A DNA stretch of 64,000 bases from Chitinophaga pinensis (GTDB lineage: Bacteria; Bacteroidota; Bacteroidia; UBA7662; JAIXUI01). This document shows, piece after piece, positions 56,149 through 64,000 of the stretch. Position numbers and translations under genes: made by a program. The stretch spans positions 276 through 64,275 of the forward strand of contig CALSBM010000004.1 of the NCBI GenBank assembly GCA_943373175.1, read 5' to 3'. Every line of letters starts with the position of its first letter. Within the stretch, counting starts at the first letter, position 1. Under the pieces are notes generated by a model. The model made no database searches, was not told the DNA's origin, and saw only the letters and a list, made by a program, of their open reading frames with translations.

Positions 56149-58820
56149 GAGCGATGTAAACGCTTTTGTCCGAATTCAAGTATCCGACTGATAAAATCCA
56201 ATGGCTTATACCCTTGAATAGCCGTTTGATGAAAAATACAGGTTGCAGGAGTCATTCCGGGAAGGGAGTTTATCTCAATAATCCAAACTTCGACCTGACC
56301 ATCAGCAAAAATTTTTACAAATGCATCTATTCGGCAGTAGCCTTCAACTTGAAGCAATCGGGCGGTTTTTTCTAACTCCTGCTTTACAATAGATGAAATA
56401 CGGTTACGCTCATGCTCGTCGGAAGCATACCGAGCGGGTGTGATGTTCTGCCCTTCTCCCGCCAGAAATTTCTCTTCTAAGCTCAAAACCTCACCTTCTG
56501 CCAACGATTCTGAAGCTTCAAAAACTTCATACTCCAACTCTCCTTTCAGATTGTATCGGGTGAGCATTCCACCAGTAACTTCAAGAAAATGTACCGCTTC
56601 TCCCTTTTCGATAAAAATTTCGCAGAGTATTTCGTTTTTGGGTAGAAACTCTTCCCTAGAATCGAGACCAAGTTTTGTAGCCCATGGTTCAGGAAAATCC
56701 TGCTGGTCTCTAAAAGCTACTTCGCAATACGCAATTAGGTCATCTCGGGTTCGCAACTTTTTTACTGCTGAGGAGCACCCGTCGTCCACCGGTTTTGCAA
56801 TCAATGGGAAGGGTAATTCGCTGATGAGCGCATCAACACTCTCATGGGGATTGCTTCGGTAATCTGATTTCAGAATGAGTTTATGTCGTGCTGTTCTTAT
56901 TCCATTTTTCGCCAGTATCTCATTCGTTTCAAACTTATTGATGGTAATTGCACTGGAAACTGGCCTTGAGCCATTATAGGGAATTCCGGCTTTTTCGAGC
57001 AGTAGTTGCAGTTGTCCGTCTTCGCCTGGACGACCATGTAGGGCAATAAACACCGCATCAACTTCCTTGGTTAAGGATTCAATGCTTACTTCCTGAGGCT
57101 TAAGCAATGGATTTAGCGAAACTAATTCGGTAATTCCGGAACACTCACTGCGAATCGTTTCAATCAAAGGATGAACTTCTTCGTTCAGTATTTTGTCGCG
57201 GATATCGTCGGCGTTATCCTTTAGCTGGAAGTTTACAGGAATTTTATGCAAGGAAAAACCGTTTTCGCCTTTGCTCAGGAATACGCAAAACGGGGAATAT
57301 TCTGCGGAAGCAGAAAGTTTTTCATAAATATTTCTTCCACTTTCCACCGAAATGTGGCGTTCGCTGGAATAGCCACCGAGTATAACCGCAATGCGTTTTT
57401 TTCCTAGACTCAGTTCTTTCAGCTCCTGAAGACTCAATTCGAGTTGTTGCAATAAACGGAAGTATTGCGATAGTCCGGGGCGTTCTCGTAATCTAGCTTT
57501 AAGGGATAAGTACAGAATGTAAGTAACAAACTCACTGGGGTTAAGCCCGATTTCTGCAGCCTGATGAAAAAAGAACGACGAAGGCATCATTCCCGATGTG
57601 GTATTAGGATCGTTCAAGTAAACAATCCCATTATCGGACAAAAAGCCATCGATACGGGCATAAACGCTAAAGTCACTTTTCCGAAACAAATCTTGGCACT
57701 CATTACGAATCTTCTGAAGTATAGCTTCTTCGACTGCCATTGGGGTCTGTTTACGGGATAACCCGGGTAGGTACTTTGAACGGTAATCGAACAAATCGTT
57801 TCGCTTGATTATTTCGGTTGGCGGCAAAGCAATTGGCCGACCATTCAAGTCCTCGACGACTATACAGGAAAATTCTCTTCCGTCAATAAATGCTTCTATA
57901 AGAACTTCTGACTCGGTACTTAACGCATCCAACTGTGCAATTCCGTGCCTCCATTCTTCTCTAAGCAAACGAATGAGGTGGTCGGGGTGATGAACTTTAA
58001 CCTTGTTTCCTTCCCATTCCAAAAGGAGTGGTAGGCCAAGGCCGGAACGAATATCGTTAACTTCTCTAACCCAACGAATTTGAGCATCGTCGGTAAGCGA
58101 TAGCCATTCTTCCTTACTAATTATCTTGCGAAAGAATGCTTTATCGAGTGCTCGGTGGAAAGCAACTTCGTCTTCCTTTGTTAAAATAGTGACTCCAAGT
58201 GAAGAGCCCTGATTTGCTGGCTTGACTACTAATGGAAACCCAACTTCCTTTTTTGCCTTTTCAAATAAAGATTTTGAATCAGTTAACCACTCAGATCTGG
58301 AAATGAAGGTCCAACTGGGAACTGGAAAACCTAATGCTTGCTGAAACTGACGTTGTAATCGCTTGTTCATTCCAAGGGCTGAAGCAAAGATTCCGGAACC
58401 GGTGTAGGGAATACCGAAAAAATCTAAAAGCCCCTGAATTCTTCCGTCTTCGCCATTTTCTCCGTGTAAAACCAAGAAAGCGATGTCCATGATATCAGAG
58501 AGGTCATGCGCTGGTACAAAATATCCAAGATCCTTATTGATAGAACCCTCATAGAGGCCGTTTTCAATGGCCTCAGCGTAAATTTGAAAGTCGAAGCTAG
58601 AGCGTGGAGTAGCATTCGGATGAGGGTAAAAATCGCGGATACTTCCTTTGTAGATGTTGTTCCAATTGAGCACTACAAATCGGTTAAAGCTATCAACAAA
58701 GACAGGTACTGGCTGAAAGACTGATTTATTCAGGTTATCGTACACTGTTCTTCCTCCAGCAAACGAGACCTCCCGTTCGCGTGAAGTGCCCCCAAAAATA
58801 ATCCCTACTCGGATCATCAA
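56145..58820 (-). CDS. tandem (double) D-alanine--D-alanine ligase-family ATP-grasp protein
   Basis: 891 aa. Two Ddl-like N-termini (IRVGIIFGGTSREREVSFAGG at aa ~3 and RIAVILGGYSSERHISVESG at aa ~465), each followed by an ATP-grasp core. Module 1 carries the canonical KPANQGSSLGV. Module 2 has the variant KPVDDGCSSAV. Confidence 0.65.
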   Translation of the reverse strand: MMIRVGIIFGGTSREREVSFAGGRTVYDNLNKSVFQPVPVFVDSFNRFVVLNWNNIYKGSIRDFYPHPNATPRSSFDFQIYAEAIENGLYEGSINKDLGYFVPAHDLSDIMDIAFLVLHGENGEDGRIQGLLDFFGIPYTGSGIFASALGMNKRLQRQFQQALGFPVPSWTFISRSEWLTDSKSLFEKAKKEVGFPLVVKPANQGSSLGVTILTKEDEVAFHRALDKAFFRKIISKEEWLSLTDDAQIRWVREVNDIRSGLGLPLLLEWEGNKVKVHHPDHLIRLLREEWRHGIAQLDALSTESEVLIEAFIDGREFSCIVVEDLNGRPIALPPTEIIKRNDLFDYRSKYLPGLSRKQTPMAVEEAILQKIRNECQDLFRKSDFSVYARIDGFLSDNGIVYLNDPNTTSGMMPSSFFFHQAAEIGLNPSEFVTYILYLSLKARLRERPGLSQYFRLLQQLELSLQELKELSLGKKRIAVILGGYSSERHISVESGRNIYEKLSASAEYSPFCVFLSKGENGFSLHKIPVNFQLKDNADDIRDKILNEEVHPLIETIRSECSGITELVSLNPLLKPQEVSIESLTKEVDAVFIALHGRPGEDGQLQLLLEKAGIPYNGSRPVSSAITINKFETNEILAKNGIRTARHKLILKSDYRSNPHESVDALISELPFPLIAKPVDDGCSSAVKKLRTRDDLIAYCEVAFRDQQDFPEPWATKLGLDSREEFLPKNEILCEIFIEKGEAVHFLEVTGGMLTRYNLKGELEYEVFEASESLAEGEVLSLEEKFLAGEGQNITPARYASDEHERNRISSIVKQELEKTARLLQVEGYCRIDAFVKIFADGQVEVWIIEINSLPGMTPATCIFHQTAIQGYKPLDFISRILEFGQKRLHRS

Positions 58821-59779
58821 ATTATCGTTTCAATCTGGTAATGGTTGCGATCATGGGCATTTCGCGCCATCATTTCTCCAAGGAAACCAGCGAGAAAAAA
58901 CTGCACGCCCAGAATAATCATCAATAAGCTTAAGTAAAAAAGCGGCTGATCCACTATTTCGCGCTCCACCTTTCCAGAATATAAATGAGTCAGCTTTTCA
59001 ATAATTAACCAAATGGTTATGAGGGAACCTACCAAAAACATTAGCGAACCTAAAGGACCGAAGAAGTGCATAGGACGTTTCCCAAACTTGCCCACGAAAT
59101 AGATGGACAACAAGTCGAGGAAGCCATTTACGAAACGTTCCCAACCAAATTTGGTTGTTCCATACTTACGAGCGCGGTGCTGAACAACTTGTTCATCTAT
59201 TTTATCAAACCCTGCCCAACGGGCGATAACCGGAATATATCGGTGCATTTCTCCATAAACTTCAATGGATTTCACTACCTCTTTCCGGTAAGCCTTCAAA
59301 CCACAGTTAAAGTCGTGCAGGTTGTTTATCCCTGAAACTTTGCGGGTTGCCCAATTGAAAAATTTAGAGGGAATTGTTTTCGAAATAGGATCATAGCGCT
59401 TCTTTTTCCATCCTGAAACTAAATCGAGTTTATCTTCAGCAATACGTTTATAAAGCACGGGAATTTCATCGGGGCTGTCCTGCAAGTCAGCATCCATGGT
59501 AATAACCACTTGGCCTTTGCATTCGTGAAAACCTACATTAAGTGCTGCCGACTTACCGTAATTTCTCCTAAACCTTATACCTCTGACGTTAGGATTTCGC
59601 CCTTTAAGATCCAGAATAACTTCCCAAGAACGGTCTTTAGATCCATCATCTACAAACAAGATTTCGTAAGAGTAATGGTTAGCGTCCATTACTCTTACGA
59701 TCCAGTCGTGTAACTCAGGAAGTGACTCTTCTTCGTTGAAGAGGGGAATAATTACTGAAATGTTGATCACCTTATTCAA
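58817..59779 (-). CDS. GT2-family polyprenyl-phosphate glycosyltransferase (DPM-synthase/GtrB-like)
   Basis: ISVIIPLFNEEESL...VDDGSKD...DAD GT-A motifs plus two C-terminal TM helices. 320 aa. Confidence 0.75.
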   Translation of the reverse strand: MNKVINISVIIPLFNEEESLPELHDWIVRVMDANHYSYEILFVDDGSKDRSWEVILDLKGRNPNVRGIRFRRNYGKSAALNVGFHECKGQVVITMDADLQDSPDEIPVLYKRIAEDKLDLVSGWKKKRYDPISKTIPSKFFNWATRKVSGINNLHDFNCGLKAYRKEVVKSIEVYGEMHRYIPVIARWAGFDKIDEQVVQHRARKYGTTKFGWERFVNGFLDLLSIYFVGKFGKRPMHFFGPLGSLMFLVGSLITIWLIIEKLTHLYSGKVEREIVDQPLFYLSLLMIILGVQFFLAGFLGEMMARNAHDRNHYQIETII

Positions 59780-60311
59780 AAATTGGCTTCTCTTTTCTTA
59801 AGAAGATGGCCAAGATTAATGAAAACACCAGACCCATAGCAAAAGACGCCAGTAATTGCTTGAAGAAGTTCAGCAATGAAGGAGCATAATTTTGGGCTTC
59901 TATATCCGCCATTGCCGTTTCCATTTGATCTTGTGGCATGCCAAACGACTCGAAAGTCTGCTCCATCTTACTAATAGTGGCTTTTTTCATAACCTCCTGT
60001 AAATCCACATCGATTACACCGATAAGTAGGTTATAAAAAGCCAGGTTGATAATGGTTGCTAGAAGAAAAATATTGAGACAGGAAACCATTGCTGCGCCAT
60101 AGCTCATATAACCACCGGTTTGTCGTCTTCTACGGATAGTACCAATCGACATAAACGTAAGTAAAAAAGCAAAATTGATTACGCCTGTGTACCACTCCAT
60201 ATTGAGTTTGAAGTCGATCAGGTAAACAATTAGTGTGAATAGAATGCCGAACAAGCCGGTATAAAGCCCGAACTTAAAACGTTCGTCCTTGAAATTGTCG
60301 TTTATACTCAT
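59772..60311 (-). CDS. DUF4199-like small membrane protein
   Basis: 179 aa, 4 TM. Tandem with a paralogue. 4-bp overlaps on both sides. Confidence 0.4.
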   Translation of the reverse strand: MSINDNFKDERFKFGLYTGLFGILFTLIVYLIDFKLNMEWYTGVINFAFLLTFMSIGTIRRRRQTGGYMSYGAAMVSCLNIFLLATIINLAFYNLLIGVIDVDLQEVMKKATISKMEQTFESFGMPQDQMETAMADIEAQNYAPSLLNFFKQLLASFAMGLVFSLILAIFLRKEKPIFE

Positions 60312-60835
60312 GGGGTTGTGTTTTGTTTTTTTCGAAAGAAAGCAGCCACAAATAAACTTGTTATGACTTGGCCTGCCAACTTCCTAATTACTCCATCCGA
60401 AAAAATGTTTCTAACGTCGAGTGCTTTGTTAGATGCAACAAGGCGATTGTAAACCTCTTTGCCCTGAACCCGAATAACATCCTCTTTATTCTTATCCAGA
60501 ATTTTCAGGTTTTGATCGATGTAATCCGTTATCAGAGTAGGATCGCTTTTTAAAAGGATAAACATGTATAAAGAGATGAAGAATGTGGCTACTATTCCAA
60601 CTCCAAATCCGTTAATGAATGCATCCGGAAAGCTGATGTACCCCCCTAATCGCAATCTAAATGCTCTCACGCTGAGCACAATGAATACAATAGGAAGCCA
60701 ATAAATTAGCCATGAATGACGCCCTGCTGGGTTATGCCCCAAAAAATAAATGATTAAAGAGGCAATGATGTAAACTAAGGCTGAAATTGTCCCAAACCGA
60801 AAAGCGTATCTCCAAGAAAGCGACCTTATGTTCAT
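60308..60835 (-). CDS. DUF4199-like small membrane protein
   Basis: 175 aa with similar topology to the preceding gene. Confidence 0.4.
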   Translation of the reverse strand: MNIRSLSWRYAFRFGTISALVYIIASLIIYFLGHNPAGRHSWLIYWLPIVFIVLSVRAFRLRLGGYISFPDAFINGFGVGIVATFFISLYMFILLKSDPTLITDYIDQNLKILDKNKEDVIRVQGKEVYNRLVASNKALDVRNIFSDGVIRKLAGQVITSLFVAAFFRKKQNTTP

Positions 60836-61578
60836 AGTTTAGTAGGGCTGGTGGCAAGCAATGCACCCAGAATTCCAGCTTCTACTGGATGTTGAAGCCC
60901 TGCTAAAATTGCTGATACTAGCGTTTTATCGCCTTTAGTTGGATTTTTAAAGTAACAGGCGAGGATAGGCAGAAAAGAACCTAAGGCAGATTGTTCGGAT
61001 AATTGAATGAGTCTAGGAAGAAATGCTTCAAAAGGCGCCTCTAAAACTTCCTCAAGTCCCAAGAAATCTTCATAAATGGCTATATCTTCCTGAACATCCT
61101 CGTCATCAGTTATCAAGAATTCGTGCACAAAGTCGGCGTAAGATGGATCAACTTCATTCTCATCGCATTCTTCCAAATAAATCATGATGTTGATTAGCTC
61201 AGTGCCTCTCATTTCGTGGCGAAGCTCCAACTTTTCGAACTCGTCCGATTCAAGATAATCTTCATCCTTATCTTCTTCAGAAAGATAAGCGGCCATCAAC
61301 CAATCGAAATTAAGCTCCTGAACGAATTCAGGGTCTTCCAATTGTTTAGCCAGTTCATCGGATTGCTTTAGCCTCTCATCAAAAGAGATTTCCGTTTGAT
61401 TAATCAACCGCACCATTGAATCGTGCCATTGAAGTAAATCTTCTGAAAGCGGTGCAAGTAAGTGCTCTGAAACTTCGGGGAAAGCCTCTGAAGAAGAGGT
61501 TAAAGCCTTTAGTCTGCGAGCAGCTTCGTAGCCTCGGACAAAGCCAGAGATGGATTGAGAAATGATGTTATGACTCAT
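60832..61578 (-). CDS. highly acidic hypothetical protein
   Basis: 248 aa, strongly D/E-rich (e.g. EEDKDEDYLESDEFEKLE, ECDENEVD), no TM. 4-bp overlaps on both sides. Confidence 0.4.
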   Translation of the reverse strand: MSHNIISQSISGFVRGYEAARRLKALTSSSEAFPEVSEHLLAPLSEDLLQWHDSMVRLINQTEISFDERLKQSDELAKQLEDPEFVQELNFDWLMAAYLSEEDKDEDYLESDEFEKLELRHEMRGTELINIMIYLEECDENEVDPSYADFVHEFLITDDEDVQEDIAIYEDFLGLEEVLEAPFEAFLPRLIQLSEQSALGSFLPILACYFKNPTKGDKTLVSAILAGLQHPVEAGILGALLATSPTKL

Positions 61579-62843
61579 GAATGTTTAGGATTAAAGTAAA
61601 ACGTACCCACTACTTTGTGGTTAAAGGTATGTTCAAGCCAAGGAGAATTTACGGAAAGTGAATGTGTATTTTTAGAAGAATAGTTCCAGGAAACATCGGA
61701 TTCGATTAAGGTAAAATCTACCGGCATTCCGGGTTCTAACACGGGCATAGGAATACCAAACCATCGACGTGGATTCAGCGAAAGCAATTCTACCCATCTT
61801 TCTTCAGTTAACTCCTGGTAGAAATGATCAAACAACGAAGGAATTGCGGTTTCCAGGCCGGTAGCACCGCTTAATGCCAAATCGAATTCTTTTTGCTTTT
61901 CTTCTATATCTCTAGGACGATGATCGCTAACGAGGATATCAACAAGTCCGTTACGGACACATTCCCAAAGTCCTTTTTGGTGTTCTGGAGAACGCAAAAC
62001 CGGGTGAAGTTTAAATCGAGAATCGAACGGTTCAAGTGCTTTCTCGTTGAATAAAAGGTTATTAATTGAAACTGTTACCGCCAGATTCAGTTGGTTTTCC
62101 TGTTTAAACTTTTCAGCCAATTCAACAGATTCTGGCATGCTCAACTTATGAAGAATCAAGCGTGTATTGGCAAAGTTTGCCAATTCAAGATCTCGTCTCA
62201 CTTGGAGCGTTTCTGCCAACGCAGGTTTCATTTTCAACCCGAGTTTTACTGCAAGCAGGCTTTCGTGAGCCATCCCTTTGCCTGCGAGAGCCTTATCCTC
62301 GGGGTGATGAAGTATTACTCCACCAAAAGCTGAGGTATATTCCATGGCTCTGAGAAGCAGGTCATTGGCTTGAATAGAATTATCACCATCCGTGAACACC
62401 AGAACTCCTTCTTCATAAAGTTCATAGTACTCTGCAATATCTTTTCCTTCGCAGCCTACGCTCAATGCACCCATTGGCCAGATATGAGGATTCGGGGAAG
62501 TTATGGAGTTAATAAACCGGATTACACTTTTATTATCAGCCACGGGTTGTGTGGTAGGCATGATGGCTAAATGGGTAAATCCACCGGCTCTGGCTGCCGA
62601 TTGAAGGCTTTGCATGCTTTCCCGGTGTTCTAATCCGGGTTCGCCACCTTCAGAACCAATATCAACAAATCCGGGAAACAGCTTGAGATTATTTCCTTGA
62701 ATTACGATTTCGTCTGCTTGCGGATTCAAGGCAACATCCATTTCGGTAAGAATTCCATTCCGAAGACGTAAATCTACCGTCTTACCATGGAAGGATGAAC
62801 CTGGAAATATTACTCGGGCTTGGTGGATAACGACTTTTTCCAT
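61575..62843 (-). CDS. dihydroorotase-like amidohydrolase lacking the HxH metal-binding motif (probable pseudoenzyme)
   Basis: Aligns with type-I DHOase (PGFVD...EPG...ARGGFT...MPTT...VSDHRP), but the DxHxH motif reads D-I-G-S-E-G. Start taken at the internal MEKVVIH. Confidence 0.6.
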   Translation of the reverse strand: MEKVVIHQARVIFPGSSFHGKTVDLRLRNGILTEMDVALNPQADEIVIQGNNLKLFPGFVDIGSEGGEPGLEHRESMQSLQSAARAGGFTHLAIMPTTQPVADNKSVIRFINSITSPNPHIWPMGALSVGCEGKDIAEYYELYEEGVLVFTDGDNSIQANDLLLRAMEYTSAFGGVILHHPEDKALAGKGMAHESLLAVKLGLKMKPALAETLQVRRDLELANFANTRLILHKLSMPESVELAEKFKQENQLNLAVTVSINNLLFNEKALEPFDSRFKLHPVLRSPEHQKGLWECVRNGLVDILVSDHRPRDIEEKQKEFDLALSGATGLETAIPSLFDHFYQELTEERWVELLSLNPRRWFGIPMPVLEPGMPVDFTLIESDVSWNYSSKNTHSLSVNSPWLEHTFNHKVVGTFYFNPKHS

Positions 62844-64000
62844 GGTTGGTATCTTATCAAAATTGATTCGGCCAAGAGTGCGAGTAATGCAATTAAACAA
62901 AGCCAAAACGCCATTTTTTGCACTTGCTGACCTGCTGATTGAGTATTTACCGCAGCAGGATTTATCACTGATTCTAACTTGAACCCTCGGGCATTGGCTT
63001 CACGCTGTAAAACTTTTGTTTCAGGAAAACTCAATTCAGACTCTTCTGATTGGCGATTCATCGCAAGAATTCCGCGAACACTATCTTGTCCTTTAATATA
63101 GAGTGGATAAAATCCTGATTCCCAAGGTCTGTCGTTTTGAAAACTGATTGCAAGCTGTTCTCCTTGGCGATAAAGCAGTGGAAGTCTTCCTTGCTTTCTG
63201 TCTCCGGCTAAAATTACTTGTTCTTGTTCCAATTTTAACTCAAGCGGAAGCTGTTGTGCCTGACCGCTGGTAGCAGTTAGTTGTTGTGATCCAGTTCCCG
63301 TTAAACATATTCTGTACAAAACCGGAACAAACAGTGGGTGGGCAGGAAAATTGCCAGCCAAAAGATCGAGTGGTGTTGACATCCAGTAAACGTGTGCGCC
63401 TTTGTTCAGACTTTGGTACAAAAGTCCACCACCACTTTCTAAAGAAAGAATCTCGCGCAATCCAGAACCTGAGTTAGAAGAAGGAAGAAGTGCTTTTTTA
63501 ACTTCTGGCCAATCTGATTGATTGTTGATATTGTTAAACACTCCCGATAAAAAAGGCTCTTTCAGTGATGGCATTCGCACACGGGCGTTTACCTCTTTCC
63601 AAGCCTGAAAGCTTCCTCCAGTAATTGGATTGATAACCGAACTCCAAGCTGTAACATCAGCCTGTAACCCGGGTATCAGCAAAAGCGATTTGCCGGGCTT
63701 GAGCCAATCGACCCAAGTTGCAGCCAATCCATTAGAAGGCTGATTTAAGCCTTCACAAAAAATTACTTGCGCCTGTTCAGCTATTTCGGGATTAAATTCT
63801 TCTGCTTTCACGTAGCGTACATCCAGAAATGGCTCTTGTTCGAAGAAAGATTGTAAATAGTTGGAAGGCTGTTGTTGGCTGATTACCAGCACTTTTATCC
63901 TCTCCCTAAGGAAAAGGGAGTAATAATACTGATCGTCGAAGGTAACAGGATGATCCCTCAAGGATAACCGAATAGAATGCCAACCGGCTTTGGGTAGTTG
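62810..64000 (-). CDS. hypothetical membrane-anchored protein, 5' end outside window
   Basis: The reading frame stays open past the ORF-track Met to the window edge. C-terminal TM FWLCLIALLALLAESILI. No motif recognised. Confidence 0.35.
   Translation of the reverse strand, partial: QLPKAGWHSIRLSLRDHPVTFDDQYYYSLFLRERIKVLVISQQQPSNYLQSFFEQEPFLDVRYVKAEEFNPEIAEQAQVIFCEGLNQPSNGLAATWVDWLKPGKSLLLIPGLQADVTAWSSVINPITGGSFQAWKEVNARVRMPSLKEPFLSGVFNNINNQSDWPEVKKALLPSSNSGSGLREILSLESGGGLLYQSLNKGAHVYWMSTPLDLLAGNFPAHPLFVPVLYRICLTGTGSQQLTATSGQAQQLPLELKLEQEQVILAGDRKQGRLPLLYRQGEQLAISFQNDRPWESGFYPLYIKGQDSVRGILAMNRQSEESELSFPETKVLQREANARGFKLESVINPAAVNTQSAGQQVQKMAFWLCLIALLALLAESILIRYQPWKKSLSTKPE

Noticed and set aside
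1-64000. CRISPR arrays, transposases, integrases, phage genes, rRNA/tRNA
   Set aside because: No direct-repeat/spacer periodicity, no DDE/tyrosine-recombinase-like ORFs and no tRNA-like structures were found on reading the intergenic regions. The window looks like core chromosome with accessory envelope genes, not a mobile island.

Overview
The window is a 64 kb chromosomal segment with Bacteroidota character: PorP/SprF and T9SS C-terminal sorting domains, DUF-family membrane proteins, a TonB-dependent receptor carrying a carboxypeptidase-regulatory-like domain, and GH3 next to dxr. GC is roughly 42-45 %. Gene packing is very compact, with many 4-bp ATGA overlaps and convergent gene ends that overlap. 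I saw no rRNA, tRNA, CRISPR array, transposase or integrase. Housekeeping genes include hisS, coaD, rsmD, dxr, rseP, ribD, prmC, rlmH, a BamA/TamA-like Omp85 and an M23 peptidase fragment.

The accessory content that stands out is:
(i) A type IX secretion cargo module on the minus strand at 25766-32765: a 1295-aa adhesin with a Gly-rich region, about seven tandem ~95-aa Cys-containing repeats and a type-B (gliding-motility) CTD, followed by a PorP/SprF gene and a PorE-like TPR/beta-propeller/OmpA gene. Two further type-A-CTD cargo proteins lie elsewhere in the window (an S8 peptidase and a 607-aa protein).
(ii) An adjacent minus-strand operon encoding a 1025-aa TPR protein, a 547-aa putative outer-membrane protein and a TM/SPOR-like protein.
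(iii) A minus-strand envelope array at 55348-64000 containing an 891-aa protein made of two tandem D-Ala-D-Ala-ligase-like ATP-grasp modules (the second with a degenerate motif), translationally coupled to a PASTA-domain gene, a GT2 gene, two DUF4199 genes, an acidic protein and a dihydroorotase-like pseudoenzyme whose HxH zinc-binding motif is replaced by G-S-E.
(iv) An SGNH-SGNH-MBOAT O-acylation operon convergent with a PAP2 phosphatase and an orphan HutH-like MIO ammonia-lyase embedded in the hisS operon.
(v) A CarH/LitR-like MerR regulator with a B12-binding domain.
(vi) An unusually long 460-bp convergent intergenic spacer.

All family assignments are from reading motifs by eye; no database search was possible.
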